DNA from: a virus
IMG/VR virus record: IMGVR_UViG_3300022745_000002
Span: 1-62,304 of that record
Strand: one strand, 5' to 3'
Length of the DNA: 62,304 nucleotides
In this document: piece by piece, positions 48,310 to 56,800 of the stretch
Layout of the letters: every line of letters starts with the position of its first letter
Position numbering within the stretch: the stretch's first letter is position 1
The notes under the pieces: generated by a model
What the model was told of the DNA's origin: nothing
Database searches by the model: none
Seen by the model: the letters and a program-made list of their open reading frames with translations, nothing else
Position numbers and translations under genes: made by a program

Positions 48310-48334
48310 CCGTTGTGGCCCACTTAGGCTACCG
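48306..48334 (+). promoter_or_regulatory. TTGACC promoter-like site carrying the inverted GTGGCCCAC box in its spacer
   Basis: TTGACCGTTGTGGCCCACTTAGGCTACCG. The -10 hexamer is weak. Confidence 0.35.
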
Positions 48335-48336
48335 TC

Positions 48337-48651
48337 TTGCCGCCCATCCCGGGCCTGATCGAGGAGATACTTTTGACCGACCAAGCCACCCCGCCGCAGC
48401 AGCCGCCCGTGCAGGAAGACCCCCTGAACAACGTGCCGATCAAGCTCGAGCTGCCTGTCATCGCCGTGAACATGATCCTGACGATGCTTTCGCAGCTGCC
48501 TTACGCGCAGTCGGCGAACGTCATCACGGCGATCCGCCAGCAGGGCGACCCGCAGGTGGCGGCGGCTCGCGAGGTCTTGGCAGCGGCGGCGGCGCCCCCG
48601 ATGCCCGCGAACCGCAAGTCGCGCCGCGCGGCGGCCGCGAAGACGCGATGA
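48337..48651 (+). CDS. Hypothetical protein (104 aa, TTG start uncertain)
   Basis: The only long ORF in this gap with a non-artefact middle section. Confidence 0.45.
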   Translation: MPPIPGLIEEILLTDQATPPQQPPVQEDPLNNVPIKLELPVIAVNMILTMLSQLPYAQSANVITAIRQQGDPQVAAAREVLAAAAAPPMPANRKSRRAAAAKTR

Positions 48652-48698
48652 TCGGGGCGGCTGTCCTGCCACGCGCTTTTGTGGCAGGATAGCCCGCC

Positions 48699-49412
48699 AT
48701 GGTTGCCGGATACACCTACTCGTCATACGTCGATGCGCTGTCGCGCCTGCTCGTCGTCGACAGCACCAACGACAACTTTCAGGCGCTGCTGCCGTCGATC
48801 ATCGACTACGCCGAGCTGCGGCTCTGTCAGGACATCGACTTCCTGTCGACCGTCACGTCCTACATCGGCACGGTATCGCCCGGCTCGCGGCAACTTACCT
48901 TTCCGATCGCGACCTTCATCACGCTGCAGAACGTCAATTTCCTGACGCCAGCGGGTACGGCCGACCCCAACATCGCGTCGCGCAATCCCTGCCTGCCCGT
49001 CACCAAGGAATACCTGAATTTCGAATGGCCGAGCTCGCAAGGCGCCGGGCTGCCCAAGAAGTTCGCCATGGTCAACCAGAACACCTTGGCGCTGGGCCCG
49101 TGGCCGGATCTCGCCTACTCGGTCGAGCTCGTGGGCACCTACCGCCCGCCGTCGTTGTCGGCGACCAATACGACGACGTTCATCAGCACGTACCTGCCGT
49201 CGCATTTCATGATGGCGTCCATGGTCTACGGATCCGGGTACCAGCGTAATTTCGGCGCGCAATCCGGCGACCCGGCAATGGCCGTGAGCTACGAGAGCCA
49301 GTATCAGGCACTTCTCAAGTCCGCGCAGCTCGAGGAGGCGCGCAAGAAATTTACCTCGTCTGGTTGGACATCTATGTCGCCAACTGTAGCAGCTACTCCG
49401 TCGCGTGGCTGA
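48699..49412 (+). CDS. Tail tubular A / adaptor-like protein whose last ~13 codons are of foreign (AT-richer) type
   Basis: 237 aa, directly upstream (ancestrally) of the 733-aa tail gene. 3' end MSPTVAATPSRG* is duplicated at 49985-50023. Confidence 0.7.
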   Translation: MVAGYTYSSYVDALSRLLVVDSTNDNFQALLPSIIDYAELRLCQDIDFLSTVTSYIGTVSPGSRQLTFPIATFITLQNVNFLTPAGTADPNIASRNPCLPVTKEYLNFEWPSSQGAGLPKKFAMVNQNTLALGPWPDLAYSVELVGTYRPPSLSATNTTTFISTYLPSHFMMASMVYGSGYQRNFGAQSGDPAMAVSYESQYQALLKSAQLEEARKKFTSSGWTSMSPTVAATPSRG

Positions 49413-49984
49413 ACATGAAAACATGCAGCACTTGTCGTGTAAGCAAGCCGGTTGAAGCTTTCGATATAAATCGCGCCAAAAAAGATGGCCGACATAATGC
49501 GTGTCGTGCTTGCGACAGCGCACGCAAAAAGAAAATGCGTAAAGACAATACGGATGTTTTCAAAGCTAAAGATCGCGCGCGCTACATCGCAAACAAAACT
49601 GAAGAGCTAGAAAAACGTAGAAAATATTATGTCAATAATCGTGCTACCGTAATGGCGCGCGTGACCGCGTACCAACGTCAGAACAGGCCGAAATATCGAG
49701 AATTCATTCGCCGCTGGTATGCGGCGCATCCTGAGAAAGCAGCCTATTACACTGCGAAACGAAGGACAGCTAAAATGCGCGCGCAACCCAACTGGCTGTC
49801 AGCAATACAGCTTGCACAAATTCAAGAATTCTATGACGTCGCGCATGCGAGAACGGTACAGACTGGCGAAATTCATCACGTCGACCACATCGAGCCGCTG
49901 CAGGGGAAGACCTCGCGAGGTTTGCACGTGCCGTGGAACCTGCAGGTGCTGACGGCGGCCGACAATTGGTCGAAAGGTAACGCT
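49290..49984 (+). mobile_element. Free-standing HNH cassette plus donor-type 3' tract of the upstream gene (boundaries approximate)
   Basis: An AT-richer block ending where the GC-rich resident remnant begins. Confidence 0.6.
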
Positions 49985-50023
49985 ATGTCGCCCGCTCCAG
50001 CTGCGTCACCATCGCGGGGCTAG
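49415..50023 (+). CDS. HNH endonuclease, reading through into the resident remnant of the upstream gene
   Basis: N-terminal CSTC...CRAC finger. Core GEIHHVDHIEPLQGKTSRGLHVPWNLQVLTAADNWSKGN. C-terminal MSPAPAASPSRG*. Confidence 0.9.
   Translation: MKTCSTCRVSKPVEAFDINRAKKDGRHNACRACDSARKKKMRKDNTDVFKAKDRARYIANKTEELEKRRKYYVNNRATVMARVTAYQRQNRPKYREFIRRWYAAHPEKAAYYTAKRRTAKMRAQPNWLSAIQLAQIQEFYDVAHARTVQTGEIHHVDHIEPLQGKTSRGLHVPWNLQVLTAADNWSKGNAMSPAPAASPSRG
49985..50023 (+). pseudogene. Stranded resident 3' end of gene 48699..49412 (13 codons including the stop)
   Basis: ATGTCGCCCGCTCCAGCTGCGTCACCATCGCGGGGCTAG versus 49374-49412. By hand count, 27/39 nt and 9/12 aa are identical. Its stop lies 3 nt before the next gene's ATG. 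Confidence 0.75.
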
Positions 50024-50026
50024 GCG

Positions 50027-52228
50027 ATGCCCCATCAGACACTCAAGCTCATTCCGGGCGTCGACCTCAACACGACCGAGGCCCTGAACCAAGCGGGCAT
50101 AACCGCCAGCCAGCTCATCCGCTTCCGGCGCGACCTGACGAGTGGCGTGGCGCTCGTGCAGAAGCTCGGCGGATGGCTGCGCATCTTCCCGAGCGCGTTC
50201 CCCGCGATCGTGCGCGCGCTCTGGGCATGGCAGGACACCAACAAGAACAAGTATCTCGCCGTGGGTTGCGAGCCTTCGGCGACGCCGGGCGTGAATTCGC
50301 CGCTGCTTGTGCTGCCGTACCGCAACGGCACGAGCGCGGGCTCCCTGATCGACATCACGCCGCACGTGCTCGAGGACAATGTCGCCGTCGCGGTCTCCAC
50401 ACTCACGACGACGAACCTCGTCACGATCAAGGATGTCGGCAGCAACATCACCGTCTATGACTCCGTCTTCATCCCCGCGCATATCAGCGTGGGCGGCGTC
50501 ATCCTGTTCGGTTTCTATCCCGCGATCGCGGCAAGCCCCGACACGTATCAGATCCTGCTGGTCGACCAGTTCGGCAATCCGATCTTTCCGACGGCGGCCG
50601 TGACCAACGGCGGTGCCGTGGCGCAGTTCACGACAACCAGCGGCCTGCAGTCGGTGACCGTCACGCTCAACGACCATGGCTACGAAGTCGGCGACACGTA
50701 CCCTATCCTGATCAGCACAGCCGTCGGCGGCGTCGTGCTCGCGGGCAACACGCTCGTGCAGGCGGTGACCGACGCGAACCATTTCGTGATCTACGCGCCG
50801 AACGTGGCCTCGAGCACCGCTACGGTCTCGATCAACGGCGGCGAGGCGCGCTACGACTACTATATCGGCTTCGGTCCGTTGCCGACCGGTACGGGCTTCG
50901 GCATCGGGGGCTTCGGTCGCGGTGGCTTCGGTACGGGCATTCCGCCAGTGGCGCAGCCCGGCGCCAACATCGCGACACTGGATTGGGTACTCGACAACTG
51001 GGGCGAGATCCTGATCGCGCTGCCGACCGATACGCTTTTCGGGTCGATCGATGGCACGACGTATAACGGCGCGCCGCTGTTCTACTGGTCGCCCGAAGCC
51101 AACACCGCGTCGGCCATCGCCATCGCCAACGGCCCCGTCGCGAGCGCATCCTTCTTCGTCGCGATGCCCCAGCGGCAGATCGTGGCGCTCGGTACGACGA
51201 CCAACGGCGTGCAGGATCCTCTTCTCGTGCGCTGGTGTGACGTCAACGATTTCTTGAGCAAGACGGCGTGGGTAGCGTTGCCGACCAATCAGGCGGGCCA
51301 GTACCGCCTGACGCGCGGCTCGCTCATCGTCGGCGGTTTGCAGGCCAACCAGCAGGGTCTGATCTGGACCGATGTCGGCCTCTGGGCGATGCAGTACATC
51401 GGCACGGGCGATGCCAATGCGTCCGTCTACAGCTTCAACGAGATCGGCAAGGGCTGCGGGCTCATCGCGAAGAAGGCCATGGGCACGCTGGGCGGCGTCA
51501 CCTACTGGATGGGCGGCACCGAGACGACGGCGCCGACAGGTTCCGTCGCGAGCCTCACCAATACCGGTCAGTTCTTCAAGCTTGCGGGCAACGGCGTCGA
51601 GATCATGGAGTGCTCGGTCTGGGATGCCGTCTTCCAGAATATCGATCGCAACAACCTCTACAAGATCCGCTGCGCAGTGAACTCGAGCTTCAACGAGGTC
51701 GTCTGGTACTACCCGAGCGCGAACGGCGGCGGCGAAGTCGACAGCTACGTGAAGTACACGGTCAACATGAACGTCTGGGACTATGGTTCGCTCGGGCGCA
51801 CGGCATGGGTCGACCAATCCGTGCTCGGCCAGCCGATCGGCGCGGATCCGAACCGGCTCGTGCAGCAGCATGAAGTGTCCTACGACGCCGACGGCCAGCC
51901 CTTGGTCGCGAGTTTCCAGACGGGCTACTTCACGTTGAACGACGGCGAATTCCTGACGTTCGTCGACCAGTTCTGGCCCGACATGAAGTGGGGTCCGTAC
52001 GGCAGCACGCCGAATGCACAACTCCTGCTCACCTTCTTCGTCACCGAGTATCCCGGGCAGACGCCGCGTCAGTACGGACCTTTCACGCTCTCGCAGGCGA
52101 CGACCTACGTGACGCCGCGCTTCCGGGGGCGGCTCGTGTCTATCCTCTTCCAGTCGGTCGATGTCGGCACCTTCTGGCGCGTCGGCGCGAACCGGTATCG
52201 CTTCAACCCCGACGGAAAGTTCCTCTGA
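50027..52228 (+). CDS. Tail tubular B / nozzle-like protein
   Basis: 733 aa, following the adaptor-like gene as in T7-type gp11-gp12 order. No motif verified. Confidence 0.7.
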   Translation: MPHQTLKLIPGVDLNTTEALNQAGITASQLIRFRRDLTSGVALVQKLGGWLRIFPSAFPAIVRALWAWQDTNKNKYLAVGCEPSATPGVNSPLLVLPYRNGTSAGSLIDITPHVLEDNVAVAVSTLTTTNLVTIKDVGSNITVYDSVFIPAHISVGGVILFGFYPAIAASPDTYQILLVDQFGNPIFPTAAVTNGGAVAQFTTTSGLQSVTVTLNDHGYEVGDTYPILISTAVGGVVLAGNTLVQAVTDANHFVIYAPNVASSTATVSINGGEARYDYYIGFGPLPTGTGFGIGGFGRGGFGTGIPPVAQPGANIATLDWVLDNWGEILIALPTDTLFGSIDGTTYNGAPLFYWSPEANTASAIAIANGPVASASFFVAMPQRQIVALGTTTNGVQDPLLVRWCDVNDFLSKTAWVALPTNQAGQYRLTRGSLIVGGLQANQQGLIWTDVGLWAMQYIGTGDANASVYSFNEIGKGCGLIAKKAMGTLGGVTYWMGGTETTAPTGSVASLTNTGQFFKLAGNGVEIMECSVWDAVFQNIDRNNLYKIRCAVNSSFNEVVWYYPSANGGGEVDSYVKYTVNMNVWDYGSLGRTAWVDQSVLGQPIGADPNRLVQQHEVSYDADGQPLVASFQTGYFTLNDGEFLTFVDQFWPDMKWGPYGSTPNAQLLLTFFVTEYPGQTPRQYGPFTLSQATTYVTPRFRGRLVSILFQSVDVGTFWRVGANRYRFNPDGKFL

Positions 52229-52578
52229 TGGCCAGTCTCGACGACATCCTGACGTCGCTCAAGAACGTGGTCACGGCCGCCAATGGCGTGGCGCAGGGGC
52301 TGCAACGGCAGGTGCCGACCACGACCAGCGGCCAACTCAGCGCTAACACGCTCGTGCAGACAGGCTTCGTGCGTGTGACGGGTATTGCCGTGGTGACGGC
52401 AGGCGCGATCGGCGGCCTTTACGACGCCGCCACGATCGCGGGGGCCGGATCCGGGCAGGAGGTCTACGCGGTTGCGGCCGCCGTGGGCTACACAGCCGTC
52501 AATATGGTCTTTGAGAATGGGCTGGTGTATAAACCGGGCGCCGGTCAGGTCGCCACGATCTTCTATTCGAGGGTTTGA
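52228..52578 (+). CDS. Ejection-module protein (116 aa)
   Basis: TGATG overlap. Ala/Gly/Val-rich. Confidence 0.6.
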   Translation: MASLDDILTSLKNVVTAANGVAQGLQRQVPTTTSGQLSANTLVQTGFVRVTGIAVVTAGAIGGLYDAATIAGAGSGQEVYAVAAAVGYTAVNMVFENGLVYKPGAGQVATIFYSRV

Positions 52579-53372
52579 TGCCACTCGCGCAAGGCAAATC
52601 GAGGAAGGTCATCGGGCACAACATCGCCGAGATGGAAGCCGCCGGACATCCGCGCGATCAGGCGATCGCCGCCGCGCTGCGCACGGCGCGCGAAGCGCGT
52701 GCCGACGGCGGCCGTGCCAAGCCAGTATACGAGATCGTGCACCGCCCGACCGGAAAGGTCGTTGGCACGGCCGTCTCGCGCAACTCGGCCCGGCGCATGA
52801 TTGATCGGCACGACAACAACTACGGCAGCTACGCGCACTTCCGGCGCACGATCCCCGGCATGGAGGACGTAGCCAATCAGCAGCTCGACGACGCGGTGGC
52901 CGGACGTCAGACACGCGCCGAGGGTGGCGCCGTCGAGCACATCAAGATGCACACCGGCCCGATCCACAGCGCCGTTGCCGGGCGCACCGATCACCTGCCC
53001 ATGCACGTGCCGAGTGGTGCCTACGTTCTGCCCGCCGATATCGTGAGCGCCCTTGGTGAGGGCAACACGATGGCAGGCTTCAAGATTGCCAAGAACATGT
53101 TCAGCCAGCCGAACCGCACCGAGGGTACGCCCTACGGCGAGAGCGGCCTGCCTTACGGCGTGCCGTCGCCGCACAAGGCGCGCGGTGGGGCGACCGAGGG
53201 CGTGCCGATTGTGGCCGCTGGCGGCGAGCACGTGATCCATCCCGACGACGTGCGCTGGATTGGCAAGGGCTCGCTCGACGATGGGCACAGGATCCTCGAC
53301 GAGTTCGTGAAACAGTTTCGTCTCAGCACCGTGAAGACCCTCAAGAGCCTGCCCGGGCCGAAGAAGGATTGA
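52578..53372 (+). CDS. Ejection-module protein with basic-x-GG motifs
   Basis: N-terminal GKSRKVIGHNIAEMEAAGHPRDQAIAAAL. RADGGRAK, RAEGGAV and KARGGAT. TGATG overlap. Confidence 0.7.
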   Translation: MPLAQGKSRKVIGHNIAEMEAAGHPRDQAIAAALRTAREARADGGRAKPVYEIVHRPTGKVVGTAVSRNSARRMIDRHDNNYGSYAHFRRTIPGMEDVANQQLDDAVAGRQTRAEGGAVEHIKMHTGPIHSAVAGRTDHLPMHVPSGAYVLPADIVSALGEGNTMAGFKIAKNMFSQPNRTEGTPYGESGLPYGVPSPHKARGGATEGVPIVAAGGEHVIHPDDVRWIGKGSLDDGHRILDEFVKQFRLSTVKTLKSLPGPKKD

Positions 53373-53893
53373 TGCCAGACCAGAACATCCCTGCCCACCC
53401 GCCGGTCGTCGTGCGCACGGGCACCGTGGCCGACGTGGACGGGGTCATGCAGCTGGCCCTGATGGGCTCGGCCGAGAACGGTTTCACCACGCCAAGCCCG
53501 CAGAAGATGCTGCGGGACGTTTATGAGGCTCTCAGCCTCGACCATGGCATCATGGGCGTCATCGGCCCCCCGGGCGGCGAGCTCGAGGGGGCCGTCCTGC
53601 TGCGTATCAGCTGGCCTTGGTACACCGAAGAACGGACCCTTGAGGAAAGGGGCATTTTCGTTCATCCTGACCACCGCGACGCCAAGGGTGGCCGGTTCGC
53701 GCGTCTCGTCGAATTCAGCAAGATGACGGCGCTGCAGCTCGATCTACCCCTGAGCATCGGCGTACTGAGCAATCACCGGACCGAAGCCAAGGTCCGCACC
53801 TACAGAAGGCTACTCGGCGAGCCAGCCGGGGCTTTCTTCCTCTTCAATGCCCGAACCGGTGGAGCGGTAGAGGGGGATAAAACGGACGGCTAA
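53372..53893 (+). CDS. GNAT-type acetyltransferase-like protein
   Basis: GIFVHPDHRDAKGGRFARLVEFS fits the acetyl-CoA-binding beta4-alpha3 region (Q/R-x-x-G-x-G/A). Confidence 0.65.
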   Translation: MPDQNIPAHPPVVVRTGTVADVDGVMQLALMGSAENGFTTPSPQKMLRDVYEALSLDHGIMGVIGPPGGELEGAVLLRISWPWYTEERTLEERGIFVHPDHRDAKGGRFARLVEFSKMTALQLDLPLSIGVLSNHRTEAKVRTYRRLLGEPAGAFFLFNARTGGAVEGDKTDG

Positions 53894-56800
53894 GTGGGCG
53901 GCTCCAAAGGCGGCGGCACAACTACCCAGTCATCGACCACGACGATACCTCCCGAGGTACTCGCGCGGTACAATGCCGTCAACGCGCGCGCCGAAGCGGC
54001 TGCGTCGCAGCCCTTCACGCCCTACACGGGCGAGTTCGTCGCGCCGGTCAACCAGACCCAGCAGGGCGGCATCGACACCATCTCGGGTGCAGCTGGTTCG
54101 TACCAGCCCTATTTCAACGCCGCCACGTACAACCTCAACAACGGTCTGGCGGCCGCACAGCCCTACTATGGCCTCGCGGGCACGCAGGTAGCTTCCGGCT
54201 ACGCGGGCGGCACGGCGGGCAACAGTGCCGCCACCAGCGCGCTGACCGGCGGCCTCGGTGCCGCGCAGATCGGCAACATGATGGCCGAGGAGAACTTCAA
54301 GACGGCCTATAACGGCGCGCAGCCCTACAATGCGGGCGCTACCGGGCTTGCGCTGGCGGGCACACAGGCGGTGGATCCCGGCGCGCTGAACATCGGCCAG
54401 TACATGTCGCCGTACACCCAGTCGGTGATCAACTCGACGCTGGCCCTGAACGACCAGAAGCAGGCGCAGGAGCGCAACGCGCTGACCTCGAACGCGATCC
54501 TGACCGGCTCATACGGCGGCGATCGCGGGGGTGTCGCAAAAGGCGTCCTCACCGGGCAGCAGGATCTCGCGCGCTCGAACCTCGTCTCGGGTCTCTACAA
54601 CCAGAACTACACGCAGGCGCTCGGCGCCGCGCAGCAGCAGCAGGGCGTCGGCCTCGGCGCTGCGCAGGCCAACCGCGCCGCGCTCCAGTCCGGTGCCTCG
54701 AACCTGCTCGGCATCGGCGGCCAGTACTTCAATCAGGGCATGGGTTTCGGCTCGGCCAATCAAGGCCTTGCCGGGCAGTATTTCAATCAGGGTCTGGGCG
54801 CGTCGCAGCAGTTCGGCAACATCGGCAACACGTTCTACACGCAGGGCCTTGGTGCCGCCAACGCCAACCTCGGCATCGGTGGCCAGCTCTTCAATCAGGG
54901 CAACACGCTTGCCGGTACCAACATGGCGCTCGGCACGGGTCTGCTCGGCGCGCAGCTTCAGCAGGGTCAGGCGCAGCTCGGTGCAGGTACCGTCGCCCAG
55001 CAGACTGCGCAGGCGCAGGACACGGCCGTCTACAACCAGTTCCTGCAGCAGCAAGGCTACCCGTTTCAGGTCGCGCAGTTCCTCGCGAACATCGCCGAGG
55101 GCACGGGTGCGCTGTCTGGCTCGAGCACGACGGGCGTCACCAACGCGCCGCAGCCGTTCTTCTCCGACGAGCGGCTCAAGGAAAACATCAAGACGATCGG
55201 CCACACCAAGGACGGTCTCAAGATCATCCGCTTCAACTACAAGGGTTCGCCGCACACGCAGATCGGCCTGTCCGCACAGGACGTCGAGAAGAAGCGCCCC
55301 GAGGCCGTCGGCCTTGCGGGCGGTTTCAAGACCGTCGATTACGATCGCGCGACACGCGCGCTGGGCGGTGCTGTCGCCAACGACAACGCGGGTATGGGCT
55401 ACGCCAGCGGCGGCATGACCTACGACCCGCAGACGCTGTCGGCGCTGCTCGCCGCGCACGGGGCGATGTACCCGGGCGCGGGTGGGTCGCGCGCCATGAC
55501 CGGCACGCCGGGTGCCAACGGCGTCGTGCCGAGCTCGGGCGGCTCGAGCCCGCGCTCGCTGCAGGCGCCTGCGCTCATGAAGATGCCTGCGTCGCAGCCG
55601 TCCGGGCTGAAGCAGACCGTGAACGACGTGAACGGCGTTGCCGACCTCTACAAGACCGGCAAGTCGGTGTACGGCGCTGGCAAGGACGCGGTAGGTTGGG
55701 CGAGCGACCAGTACGACAAGCTCGCGCATGGCTCGATCGATGACCAGATCGCAGAGTGGTCGAAGACGCCCGCGAGCAGCGCCGTGCCTGCGGACATCGC
55801 GGCACCCGCCCCGGCCGACAACACGCTGGTCGACGACGCGATCGGCGTCGTGAACCGCTACCGTGGTGGCCGCGCGAAGCGCGCTGCTGGCGGCTCGATG
55901 CCGTACGGCGCCTACGACGAGATCGGCATCCCCGACGATGTCATGGATCCACAGGAGTTGCGCGCCAAGCAGGCGGGCCTCGCGGGCGGTGCGCCCGGCC
56001 GGGACAGCCACGTCGGTGGCGGGGGTGGCAGCGGCATCTTGGGTGACGTCGGCGGCCTCTATATGCTCGGCAAAGGCGCCTCTGCAGGCATTGGCGCGTT
56101 GAGCGACGCCGCGATCGGCGCCGAGGCGGCGGGCGCGGGCGCAGCAGCGGCAACCACGGCGGGCATGCCGGTCGCCGAGGCGCTCGCTGGGGGCCTGATC
56201 GCGCTGAAGCGCGGCGGCCGCGTGGGCTACGATGAAGGCGGTGTTGTCGATGATCTGCCGCCGTTCGAGGACGTCGTACCCGACAACATCATTCCGTTTA
56301 AGCCAAAGAACGAAGGCCTTGGCGCCGCGAAATTCGATGTCGTACCCGAGAGCCATGCGCCGTTCGACGAACGCAAGATCGCTCCCGTGCTCGACAACGA
56401 TGCCAAGCACGCGCTCGCCGAAGAACATCGCGCGCGCGAAGGACTGGCCGCTGCGCCCGCCGTAGCGACCGACCACGACGTGACTGCAGCGCGTACTGGC
56501 GCGCTCGACACCGCTGTGCCCGAGCGCGCTGCCGCGACACCGGCTGCCGAGACCGGTCTCGTGCCGCCGCTTCCGGCACCCAAACCGATCACGTCGGACG
56601 CCTATCACACGCCCGAGAAGATCGAGGACCGGCACTGGACGCAGGAAAGCGGTCAGCGCCAGTTCCGCCCTGATGGCAGGCCGGTCACGTCGTCGACCGG
56701 TGCCGTGGGCTGGGGCCAGCTGCAGGGTGCGGGGCCGGATGCCGCGAAGCTCGTAGGCGTGCCGTGGGATCCGCAGCGCGCCGCGACCGATGAGGGCTAC

